Origin: Azolla caroliniana
Lineage: Eukaryota; Plantae; Polypodiophyta
Assembly: GCA_043228905.1 (NCBI GenBank)
Contig: JBHGNT010000005.1
Coordinates: forward strand, 8,804,001-8,868,000
DNA: 64,000 nucleotides
Direction: 5' to 3'
Shown: positions 11,301 through 22,400 of the stretch, piece after piece
Layout: every line of letters starts with the position of its first letter
Position numbering within the stretch: the first letter of the stretch is position 1
Notes under the pieces: model-generated
What the model saw: only the letters and a program-made list of their open reading frames with translations
The model's database searches: none
What the model was told of the DNA's origin: nothing
Program-made: the position numbers and the translations under genes

Positions 11301-12261
11301 TATAATGGTGGCTAATTAGCTATCCTAACTAATTAGCTATCATGGTAGTAGCTATTGAGAGTAGCCAGTTACCTATGTAGTAGCTATCATAGTAGCTAAT
11401 TAGCTATCATGGTAGCTAATTAGCTATCATGGTAGCTAATTAGCTTTCCTAGTAGCTAATTAGCTGGTAATAACGAAATAGCTAACTAGCTACCATGATA
11501 AATGTAAATACCTGAGGTACATCAAGAAGATGAATGGGATGCTCCTCGTATTGATTTCTTCCAACACGTTTCCTGCATAAATCCTTTTTATTGGGTGAAA
11601 CCCTACTCTCATTAGTCCAAAACATTGTGATTACATCCTTGATTTCAAATGTTATGGGTGTCATTGGCTTACATCTTGTAGTTAGCTTTAGTAGACTAGT
11701 TCCTTCACCCGAGGAAATTATACGGTTCATTGTATTGTACACTGTTTTTCTACTAACACCAATTACCTTAGATAGCTCACTGATGTTTATATCGTCAACA
11801 TCACTATTAAGTAACATCATTAGACTAGACCTTTTTAAGACAAGATCATCTTCTGACCTGCTCATGGATACGAAACTATTACGAAGATTATTTACTAAAA
11901 TAGATGATATGTTTGCATTAAGACCATCACAATCAACTAAGTCCTTTATCGATGGATCATTACATATTCCATAAAGTACTACCTTCTTTTCTTCATTGTT
12001 GATGTGCTTGGTTTGAACATTGAAATAGTCTACAACCTTTCTCTCTATGATGGTAGTCGCATTACTTACATTCTCATCTAAACTATCCTTACCTTTACTG
12101 AGTGTGGCTTTCGTATCCTTCAACAATTGACGATGTTTCCTTTTTTTTTCTGCCCAATAGTTTCGTATGGCTTGTTGTGTCCTGATAACATCATCCCTAT
12201 CCTTATGATCATTGAGGGGTAATTCTAAACACCCTTCTTCCCCTTCCATTTGGCTAGACAT
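8316..12261 (-). CDS. Sola2-type DDD transposase, 2 exons (12261-11512, 10157-8316), 863 aa, apparently intact
   Basis: A phase-0 GT-AG intron (11511-10158) joins ...HLLDVPQ|VDLFIRFKRMHP... Motifs: CCCIYH, VDFAENY..QNEIQSMHW, FISDDKKHD, WSDGAASQFK, WNFFGSGHGKGEHDGAGAVIKR and CFCFHC, matching my recollection of Sola2 transposases. Confidence 0.85.
10185..11492. repeat. 20-bp-period array of TAGCTAATTAGCTA filling the transposase intron
   Basis: About 60 units of gctaattagc + tatcatggta / tattctagta / tgtcgtagta, in exact 20-bp register from 10201 to ~11320. Confidence 0.95.
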
Positions 12262-12559
12262 GTTAAAACCCTAAATTTCCAGAAAAAAAAACAAGTATTA
12301 AAGATGGCTATGGGCAACAACAATACACAAAAATATTCCACACAATACACAAGATTAGACACAACAATACACAAGATAATCAATAGACAGAAAAGTTATT
12401 GCAATCCAAGACCGAACAGTAGAGGATTTCACTCTGTTGGATCCAACAGTTGAGGAGGCGATCCAAGACCGACCAATGGCAACAACTGAGTGTAGAATGT
12501 TGCCGTTGGATGAGTGAACTCCGTCAAATCGAAATGTGGAAGCAATCCGGGACTGGACA

Positions 12560-13331
12560 GTAGTGGCAACTGAGTATAGAATGATGGCAATGGAGGAGAG
12601 AACCCCGTCAGATTGAACAGTTACCGATGATGCTTGAAACGCACATAGAAGGCACTTAAGAATAGAGTGGCATAGAGAAGAGAACCCCGTCAGATTGAAC
12701 AGTTACCAATGATGCTTGAAACGCACAGTAGCGGCCCCTGAGTGAGAGTGGAAAAGAGAAGAGAACCCCGTCAGATTGAACAGTTACCAATGATGCTTGA
12801 AACGCACAGTAGCGGCCCCTGAGTGAGAGTGGAAAAGAGAAGAGAACCCCGTCAGATTGAATAGCTCTTCGATTATGCTTGGAACGCACAGTAGCAACCC
12901 CTGAGTGTAGAGTGGCAAAGAGAAGAGAACCCCGTCAGATTGAACAACTCTTTGATGATGCTTGGAACGCACAGCAGCGGCCCCTGAGTGTAGAGTGGCA
13001 CAGAGAAGAGAACCCCCTCAGATTGAACAGCTCTTTGATGATGCTTGGAACGCACAGTAATGGCCCCTGAGTGTAGAGTGGCACAGAGAAGAGAACCCCC
13101 TCAGATTGAACAGCTCTTTGATGATGCTTGGAACGCACAGTAATGGCCCCTGAGTGTAGAGTGGCACAGAGAAGAGAACCCCGTCAGATTGAACAGCTCT
13201 TTGATGATGCTTGGAATGCACAATAGTGGCCCCTGAGTGTAGAGTGTCATAGAGAAGAGAACCCCGTCAGATTGAGCAGCTCTTTGATGATGCTTGGAAC
13301 GCACAGTAGCAGCCCCTCAGTGTAGAGTGGC
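12560..13331. repeat. 81-83-bp tandem array (~9 copies) upstream of the transposase
   Basis: agaacccc(g/c)tcagattga recurs at ~12599, 12681, 12762, 12843, 12926, 13009, 13092, 13175 and 13258. There are no unique spacers. Confidence 0.92.
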
Positions 13332-13659
13332 GGCAGGTGGACTCGATAGGGTTTAGCAACAGTGGTAGCAACTAACCCACAATACTCAACTAGAGATGGC
13401 CTACGTGATGTGGCAAAGGATCATGCATAATGGACCTAGGAATTCGATATATAATTTATGGTACACATTTATGGTGCACACATCAATTTATGTTGCACAT
13501 TTATGGCACTCATTTACATATGTAATTAAAACACTCTAGTATTTTCAATGGTAGTTTTTTGCATACTTAATTTATTAATGATGGCTTTTTACTAAAATGA
13601 CTATTTATCAATGGTAGCTTTTTGCATAGCTAATTAGCTATGTCAAGGACATAGCTAAT

Positions 13660-13684
13660 TGTTTCCACTCGCATGCTTTCACCC
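13660..13684 (-). repeat. Right terminal inverted repeat
   Basis: Reverse complement is gggtgaaagcatgcgagtggaaaca. Subterminal TAGCTAATTAGCTA at 13627-13640. Confidence 0.92.
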
Positions 13685-14201
13685 ATATATATCTGTGTTT
13701 CTTATCATCATCATCCCTATCTTTGCACTTTTGTCATTGTCATCCTTCCCCCTTTGTTTCCTACCATTTTCATTTCTATGTGTTTCTTATAATCATCATC
13801 CCTATCTATGTGTTTCTTATCATATTCGTCCCTATCATTATGTTTTCTATCATCCTCTATATCCCTGTCTTCGTGTTTCTTTTTATCCTCAACATCTCGA
13901 TATCTATGTTTCTTATCCTCTTCATCTATTTCTCAGTTTCCATCATTGCCATACTCATAGTCATTACTTCCAAAGACGATTTCAGAACATCATTATCTTC
14001 ATTGCTTTATCTTCAACATCATCAATTTTAGCAGCTCTTAGTGTTGTCACTCTCGTTCGTGTTCGAGTTCCCGGTGAGGGCCGCATGGTCGCTCACACAC
14101 GTTCGTGTTCGAGTTCCTGGTGAGGGCCACATGGTAACCTTTTGCTCATAGCCTCGGCATCTGTGCTTTGTCATAATCCTAGGGTTAGTGTATCTGTGAC
14201 A

Positions 14202-16487
14202 GTTAAGGGAGAAGTATTGGTGGTCAGGGCTATACCGGGACGTGCACCGGTTCGTGACGACGTGCAAAAGCTGCCAGATGCACTCCACAATCCGGCATCG
14301 AGACGAGCTGCACCCGACCTACCCGCCGACCGTTCATTTCAAGTGGATGGTAGATTTGGTGACGATGCCGATGGGGGTAGGGCAGATGTGGTACCTGGTG
14401 CTGGCACGAGAAGACTTGACGAACCAAGTGGAGGGCCGCACACTGCAGAATAAGAAGACTATGGTGGTGTGCCGATTCCTGATTGAGGAGGTGGTGTGCC
14501 AGTACGGGTGCGTAGGAAAGATCGTGGTAGATCTGGGGGAGTTGGACGTGTAGGAAGCTGAAGAGCTGTTCAACCGGTTAGGGGTCAAGCTCTCCCTCAC
14601 TACGGCGTACAACCCAGAGACGAACGGGAAGGTAGAACGAGGGCATGGCCCAATCGTGAAGGCATTGGTGCAAGCGCGTGAAGGACAAGTCGGGAAATGG
14701 TCGCGGCTTCTACCTTGCGCATTGTGGGCAAACCGGATTACGCATAGTTCGGTGACCGGGTTCTGTCAAGACTGAGAGAGAGAGAGAAAAAAAAAAAGAT
14801 AGAAAGAGAATTATTATATTGAAGCGTAAAATGGATTACAAAGAGTAGGCTACAAAATGGCGTTGAACCAATTTAGGTTTGGGATGGGTGGTAGATCCCT
14901 ATTTATAAGTAATAGAGAACACTCTAGAATATTCTAGGTTATCCTAGAATGTAGAGTAATCTAGAAGATCTCTAGAGTATTCTAGAAGGTTCTAGTGGTA
15001 TAGAACACTCTAGTATATTCTAGGTCATTCTAGAATGTAGAGTAATATAGAATATTCCTATGATATTAGATTTCATATTCTAGAGACTATACATATAAGA
15101 ATATTAATACAATGGTTAAGGATTTGACATGTGTACAACAAGGTTATGGGTTCAAATCCTTTCGAGTCATAATGTGAGTGTCATGATCCTTTCGATGCAT
15201 GATGTGAGTGTTATCATGACAGGTTCATGCCAGCGGAGTTGATGTACGGGCAAAAACCGATTATGCCGGTGGAGCGGGCAATCACCTCGTGGGCCACGGT
15301 GGATTGGAGGAACGAAATGAGCCGGGAAGAGCTATTGGCGGCGCGGATTCGATAGCTTGAACGGAGGCCGGAGGACGTAGAGCGCGCAAGGGAGAAGTTG
15401 TGCAGTGCAGGAAAGGAACAAGGGTCGGTTCGACCAGACACACCAACTCCGACCGAAGAAGATTGAAGACAGCGATTGGGTGTTGGTATACGATAGCAGC
15501 CTTGACAATCAGCACACAGTGGTGCGAAAATTTGCAAAGAGGTGGTTTGGGCCCTATGCCGTGACGAGCGCTAACGACAATGGCACGTACCATCTCGTGG
15601 AGCTTGACGGGACGCGGATAGTTGTGCCAGTAGCAGGGAAGAGGGTCAAAGTATTTAAGAAGTAGTACGAGGACGAACTAGACCCGGCAGACCCGGACAA
15701 TGGTGACGGCTGCATCGGCGCGGACAACCACTCGGAGAATGAAGGGTGATTACGGGTTGGTCTGCTCCGGCAATTGCTGTATCTAGCACGTACCAAAGGA
15801 CGTGCGGTTTGGTGGGGGTGGATGTCGTGGAGAAAACCGCCCCTAGGAGGAATCATGGAAATATGCGCATGAATTGGCCCTTACGTGTGGGCACGCTATT
15901 TAATAACTTGTACATACTTAGGAGCAATTTGGTTGATGTGAAGATACTACATAGTACGCATTTATTAGGAAATCATAGTGTATCTTTGTCTGAAGTGGCA
16001 GAGAATAAACATGATGTAACTAGGGCATAACGGTCTGTCCCCGGGGCGTATAAAAGGGGGGGGAGGGGGGGAAAGAATGATGAGAGAGGGATCGCTTTTG
16101 TCGAGGACTAAGTGTTGTCGGACTGGGACCGAGCTCTTCTCCTCTGTCTTTCATCGTTCTCTGCAGGTTTTGGGGGCTGCCTCTGCTTCATGGAAAGCCT
16201 GAGTGCTTCCGGCAGAGGCTCCATCTCTTGTTGTTGTGTGCGTTGTGTGAGTTGGTGTCAACGAGTTGGCACTTGCCGGCTAGCCGGCTGTAATCTTGAT
16301 TATATATATATATACACACACATTCGCCTCACGTGTACTTCGACCTTGTTGTGAGATCTCTGTGTATCTGTGTGTGCGCGGCTCAGTCGTGGGTTCGTGG
16401 TGCTCCTCCTTCTGTTTGGTAATTCCCCGGTTTAGGACCCCCACAGTCCCGCCTTGGTTTCTCCTACGCGTGCAGAATAACATGACA
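14202..16487 (+). mobile_element. Truncated, degenerate Gypsy element (integrase 3' part, PPT, 3' LTR 15823-16487); same family as 23906-30883
   Basis: HRFVTTCKSCQMH...HFKWMVDLV matches the 29170-29500 region. PPT ggtttggtgggggtgga. LTR tgtcgtgg...catgaca. Several in-frame stops. Confidence 0.85.
14764..15221 (-). mobile_element. Solo LTR inserted in the Gypsy integrase
   Basis: TGTCA...TGACA termini; perfect 5-bp TSD GGTTC (14759-14763 / 15222-15226). Confidence 0.9.
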
Positions 16488-16502
16488 ATGTAATGTCGTT
16501 GG

Positions 16503-17155
16503 TGTTAGGAAACAGATTCCTCTGGATGGGATAGGAGTACCCGGCAACGGAAGACCCGGTGAGAACCGGATGTGGAGTACCCGGCAACGGAAGACCCAGT
16601 GAGAACCGGATGATGAGTGCCCGGCAAGAGCCGGATGGTGAAGACCCGATGAGAACCGGATGACGAGTGCCCGGCAAGAGCTGGATGGTGAAGGCCCGGT
16701 GAGAAGTGCTCACCGGATGAAGGAACATATTCGTAAATATGTTTCTGAGAGTCCATTGGGGCTATATTTGTAAATAGCCGAAAAGTCATATTAGTATAAA
16801 TATGACTTAGGGCAAACTTAGCGTGTAGCAGTTGTTATTCTTGTTGGTGCAAGATTTGAGTGCAACCGTGTACAGAGAGAGAGAGAGAGTGAGTGAGTGA
16901 GTGAGAGACGAAGAGGACGTTGTCTTTGTTGTAACCGCTGCCTGTGGCGAAGACAGTGAACAAGAGGTCGTTGCCTCTATGTTCATCTATTGTATATTGT
17001 AACATAGTGATAGTTTACAGTCTGTGGACTGCCATGGTTTTTCCCGTGTTTGGGTTTTCCACGTAAACATCCTGTGTACTCTTCTCTTTACTATGTCGTG
17101 CGTACATTACCCGTTTTTCTGTGTTTGATCCTAGACTCGGTTGTGGCCGAGCGTT
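16503..17155 (+). mobile_element. Copia-family LTR (3' end unclear) with internal ~40-bp repeats
   Basis: Starts tgttaggaaac. Shares tataaatatgacttagggcaaac and gggttttccacgta with the LTRs at 21392 and 51999. No TSD. Confidence 0.75.
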
Positions 17156-20100
17156 GTTTTCGGAGCATGTAGTCCTGTCAGTTGGCTGATCAGTATGCCT
17201 TCGGGGGTATGGATCACTTCAATCTCGAGGAAGTAATGAAAGTCCCCCAGGTCCTTCATGTTGAACGATGCCGCTAGTTGGGACTTCACGTGGCCAATTT
17301 CCTCTAGGTTGGCGACGACGATGACTAAATCATCAACATAGAGCCGGCCCATTCGACCTTGTCGGATGAAGAGTGAAGAGTCCGACTTTGATGTAACAAA
17401 CCCCATCCTATGCAGGCGTTGTGTGATCCTAGCATTCCAAGCACGCAGGGCTTGCTTTAATTTGTAAAGGGACTTCTTCAGTCGGCATACAGCCAATGTA
17501 TTCAATCTGGACCGAAATCCGGGTGGTTGCACCATGTATACTTGTTCCTCAAGTTCTCCTGGCAAGAACGTGTTCTTCATGTCATCCATCTGGTGCAAAT
17601 GCCATCCATTTGTTGCGGCTACCACAAGTAAGACACAGTGTCACGGAAATCTGCGGCTTACGGATTGGCTCGGGCGGGACCGCAGGGTCTTGGACTAGGG
17701 AATTGGTGGGGTGAAGGTCTTGTGTTTATGGCTTTGGCCCTTCGCCTTTCGGTCCGGATCGTTTTTTTACTCTGCCGCATCGGCTTTCATCTCCTCAAAC
17801 AAACCGAGTAATTCTATTCAATTAGCTTCGAGACCATTATGAAGATTAACCCGCGGTTAGGGATCAACATTTTATTTGCCATACCTGATATTCTCACCGT
17901 TGCCAAGAATCTTCACAACATCCACCCCCACCAAACCGCACATCCTCCGGTATGTGCCAAGAAAGGGGAAGAGGTGACATTTCGGCAACGACATTTAACC
18001 GGCTTCCTCCACGCCCTCGTCCACCCCTCCATCTTTGTCCTCCATGCATGTCTTTGTATGTCCCTACCACCCCGACCGTGTCGGTTTCATTCCGAATCGG
18101 TTTCGGCCGAATCAGCTTCCTTCCGTGTCAGGTTCAACCGACCAATTTCAATCAAGTCGGCTTTCATCCGGTTCAGGCTTGGTCAATCAGCTCCAGTCCG
18201 GATCTCCTTTCGTTTGGGTCGAAATACCGGCCGGATCGTCTTCCATCCGAGTCGTACCGGTTCTCAGCTCTTCCTTCCTTGCCACTTCTCGCCTCTCCAT
18301 CGAATTTTTCTGCGGCCTCGTCCTTGGCCTCCTTGTCGGCCACCTTCCCTCCAACCATCTCCCTTGGTCAAGGCATTTCAATCCTTGGTCATTCCCCGAA
18401 TCGCACTCATCAACTACCCTTCATAGTCCCTTTTTGTGCATGCTCATCTCAAGGTTCTCAAATGACCATGCCGCATGCTTCCCCTTTCATCCATATTTTT
18501 GGTGTACTCCTACGTTAGAGTTGATTACGAACCCTTCATTTCTCGACGTAGTGTCCTCCTTCATGTTCGTCGTCGTGATCACATCCCAAGGAACACCCTT
18601 CAAATCCACCTGGATCTCTTGACCATCATCATCCATTGTAGTGTCTTGACCTCCGCTTCCTCGCCGCCATCGTCCGTCTCTTAGGTCTTTCGTCAGTTCT
18701 CAGACGCAACCGCCTAAGTCTCAAGAATGAGTGTCGAGGACCCATACTTCGGTCTATTTCTTTTGTCGCTTTTGTCCCATCACCGACCTCCGCATCGGCT
18801 TCGATCTTCATTTCCTCACCACCACCTTTCGTCGCCCCGGTCTCACGTTGGCACTCGGGCACAACCACCAAAGTCTCTAGAATGAGTGTGGAGGAAGTCT
18901 GGTCTCTACCGCCCATCGTCGACTCCTTGGTCTCTTCCATCTCGATACCGTTCCCATGGATATCTCCTTAGCTAAAATAGGCCTTGTACTCTTTATCCGC
19001 ACCGATGATCCAAGCTTTGGTCATGCTTGCTCCTTCATTGCTTGATGTTTCGTGCCCCGACACATCCAACCGCTTGAAGGTAGCACCAGCCACCCTCAAG
19101 TGATTGGCATGATCCTTGGTCGTCGCTTCTCTACAAGTCAAGAAGGTGACTTTTTCCACACCTTCCCCCATCGTGGTACCGTCGTACCGAACCCGGACCT
19201 TCGCACGGCCTCATCATTATTCTGCATCCGTCGAGAAGGCGGCTTCCTCCTCACTCTCCGTTGCCTTCTTCAGCTCCTTCGTAACCTTCCTTTTAGCCTC
19301 AACTTTCAACTTCAAGTTCTCGTACGCCTCCCTCGTCAAGGCTTCTATGTCGAGTACCGCTGAACCTTTCCGCATCGAGATTCTTTGCTTAGGTGGTTGT
19401 CGGTAGCCACATCCCAACCTCCTTCGACCGTCTTTTGTGGATCATCTAGTTGCCGACTAGAACTACTTCGTCGTATCGCCTTGTTAGCCACCGATTCCCG
19501 ATTCACGATTCGTTCTTACTTGGTGAGGCCATCCGCACCATAGTCATCCTCAAGTTTGACTCTGATGGCCTCCCTTCCCTTTGATTGGTCGTCTTCCCAA
19601 ATCGTCAAGGCCTCGTCTACCCCCCACCAATCTTCAATTCCACCCCGAGAGTTGAGCAAGCGAGACTCAACCTCTCACATAGCGCTTTGGTGGGTGCTAG
19701 TCGACGACACCCCTTTTGGTCGAGCTCATGCCACCTCTGTTCCTTCGATCCCTCGTGCACATGCCTCTCCAGTGAACTCCCTCGAAGGAACCCGAACCAT
19801 GAGCTTCTCGAAGCTCTTCGTCCTCTTCATGTGCATACAGCCACCACCACCCGGCAAACACCCTAGCCTTATTGCCTCATATACTTCTCCTCAATCGAAC
19901 CCGGAATTGTACTCTTTAAAATTTTTGGGACTCCATCCTCGTTTAACTAGTCGACTTCTTCGATCGCACTCTCGATGGCTTCCGAGTCGTTTCTTGTCAT
20001 CCCTTATCCGCGTATGTCCATCATCGCCTTTGGCTTTACCTTCACCATGAGGTCTTCTTCGTCCACCTCCATCCTCCCTTGCCGCCCTTTCACGTCGGGT

Positions 20101-21214
20101 TCACCAAAGATGTCGTAGAAATCCGCCGCTTACGGGTCGGCTCAGGCGGGACCCCTGGGGTCTTGGACTAGGGAGTCAGTGGGGTGAAGGTCTTGTGTTT
20201 ATGGGCTTTGGCCCTTTTTCTTTCGGCCCGCGTCATTTTACAACTCAACCACATCGGCTTTCATCTCCTCGAACAAACTTAGGAATTCTATTCGATTAGC
20301 TTCGAGACCATTATGAAGATTAACCCACAGTTAGGGATCAAGCACAAGATTAGACAAAACTCTTGGGAAAAGAATATACATGATTTATGATACAAGAAAT
20401 TAATAAGCTAAGGTACTACAAAGGGCTAAACGAGACCGGTGAAGGCGAGTCAAGTGAGCCACGGGGACCGCGGGGACGGCAACTCCCACCATTGGTCAAG
20501 CCCCGAAGACGGTGGAGTGTTCCCGTGTCACTCCGGTCTCCCTTTGATGATCGGCCACTGAGTTAGTCCGTCTTTGTTGAAACCGGTGCCACACTAAACG
20601 CTCTCCGTCGAGGAGAGGATGTCTGAACCACCGAGAATGTCACCATCGGAATATCGAAAGAGCCGCCATTATAGAAACCCCAAACCAAACCAAACTCTAA
20701 TATGAAGAAGAAGAAGAGAGTAACACCCGAAACCCTACCATGACCCTAACTCACACGAAAATGAAGAACCTCACGAACCCTAACTCACAAAGTGAAGAAC
20801 ACAAACCCCATCAAGAACAAACCCTACTTCTTCCCACCAAGAAGACAGGAAAGGAGAAACAGGAAAACCCTAAAACCAAAATAGGGAGAAGAAGAAACCT
20901 AGAACAACTGAAACCCTAACCAAGAAGAGAGAGGAGAACAAAATGAAAACCCTAAACCTCCACTCAAATAAGAATCCCAAAATGAAGAAGAAGAAGAAGA
21001 AGAAGAAAACCACCAAACCCTAGATCAAAGTGGTACACCCTTCTAACTCAAAATGGGTGACCCCCTTTCTTGTGAGCACCCCTCCCCTTTTATAGCCCAA
21101 GGGGAGACGTGCCTCTTACAATTTATTTTTCCCCCTTTTCTTATTTCTACAGACATTTTCTCGTGTTCATGTGCAAGTCGTTGCAGATCCCCGTTTTATT
21201 CGTTGTACCCGATT

Positions 21215-22400
21215 TGTTGGGAAACATGTCCCTCCGGATGGGAAGAGAAGTACTATGTTGGTGAGTATTTTGGCCAAGGCCAAAACCGAAATCGAAATCG
21301 TTTCGGAAGACTATAATTGTAAATAGTCTAAAATGCCCCTTGTGGGCTATACTTGTAAATAACCAAAAAGTTATTTTTGTTTATAAGTAACTGTTGGTAG
21401 ACAGGTCCCTCCAGATGGGAAGTGAGAAGAACAGTGCCGACGAACAAACGGTATGAACCGGATGAGGAGTACCCGACTGCGGAGAGTCGGATGGTGTAGG
21501 CCCGGTATGAACCGGATGAGGAGTACCCGACTGCGGAGAGTCGGATGGTGTAGGCCCGGTATGAACCGGATGAGGAGAGTACCCGACTGCGGAGAGCCGG
21601 ATGGAGCCCATCAAGGCTACATTTGTAAATAGCCAAAAAGTCATATTAGTATAAATATGACTTAGGGCAAACTTGGTTTTGTTCTGTTGTCGTTTTATGT
21701 TGTTATTATTCGTTCTTGTTGATACAAGAAGTATAGAGAGAGCGTAACTGTACAGAGAGAGATAGAGAGAGAGACGAGGTCGTTGCCTCTACTGTAACCG
21801 CCGCCTGTGGCGAAGATCTGAGAGCACGAGGTCGTTGCCTCAGTGATCTCATTGTTGTATATTTCTGCATAGGGACAGTTTGCAGCTTGTGGGCTGCCGT
21901 GGTTTTTCCCCTATTTTGGGGTTTTCCACGTATACCTCCTGTGTACCATTTCTCCTCTTTTGTGTTGTGCTTTCATTACCTGTTTTTTTGTGTATGTAAA
22001 GAATCTCGGTTGTGGCCGAGCGTCGGACATAAGGAACGTCGAGTTCCCAACAGTAACTAGGGCAAACTTTAGTAAAGGAGTTGATCATTATTGAAAAGTT
22101 AGAACGAGGTAGTTGCCTCTATAACCGTGAGTGAGAGAGTGAGAGTGTAATTCTGTAGACGTCTGTCAAACGAAGGAGAGCCCGAGGTCGTTGCCTCCGA
22201 GTTCCGTATATGTACTTCCTCTCTACTATAGTGATCTGTTTTCTCGGGGTTTGTGGACCCCCGTAGGTTTTTCCCATTTCAGGTTTTCTACGTAAAATAT
22301 TGGTGTCTCTGTGTCTTCACGTTTTTGTATGTGTACTAGTCCTTGGTTTCTGCACACGAATACGAGAGTGTAACTGGCTGTGGACGGTCAATTCCTAACA
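21215..22400 (+). mobile_element. Copia solo LTR (outer)
   Basis: TGTTGG...CTAACA; perfect TSD CGATT (21210-21214 / 22401-22405). Confidence 0.88.
21392..22052 (+). mobile_element. Copia solo LTR (inner, nested in the previous LTR)
   Basis: TGTTGG...CCAACA; perfect TSD GTAAC (21387-21391 / 22053-22057); internal ~60-bp repeats. Confidence 0.9.

Larger units (their letters stand above)
1306..13684 (-). mobile_element. 12.4-kb Sola2-like TIR DNA transposon carrying cargo genes
   Basis: 25-bp TIRs at 1306-1330 (gggtaaaagcatgcgagtggaaaca) and 13660-13684 (tgtttccactcgcatgctttcaccc), 1 mismatch. GGG...CCC termini fit Sola2 GRG...CYC. ATAT TSD at 1302-1305 and 13685-13688 within a (TA)n run. Internal DDD transposase. 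The flanks rejoin into the repeat seen uninterrupted at 1-538. Confidence 0.9.

Noticed and set aside
11482-12261. Independent 259-aa gene
   Set aside because: Better explained as exon 1 of the transposase: a phase-0 donor at 11511 joins in frame to the acceptor at 10158.
12560-13331. CRISPR-like array
   Set aside because: The units repeat over their full length with no unique spacers, there are no cas genes, and the context is eukaryotic. The short ORFs here are repeat artefacts.
1306-13684. CACTA, Mutator, hAT, Harbinger or Helitron identity
   Set aside because: The termini, TSD length and transposase motifs fit none of these; no Rep/helicase is present.
14045-14201. 157-bp TGTCA...TGACA segment as a solo LTR or TRIM
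   Set aside because: No TSD and unrelated flanks; it cannot be delimited as an independent insertion.
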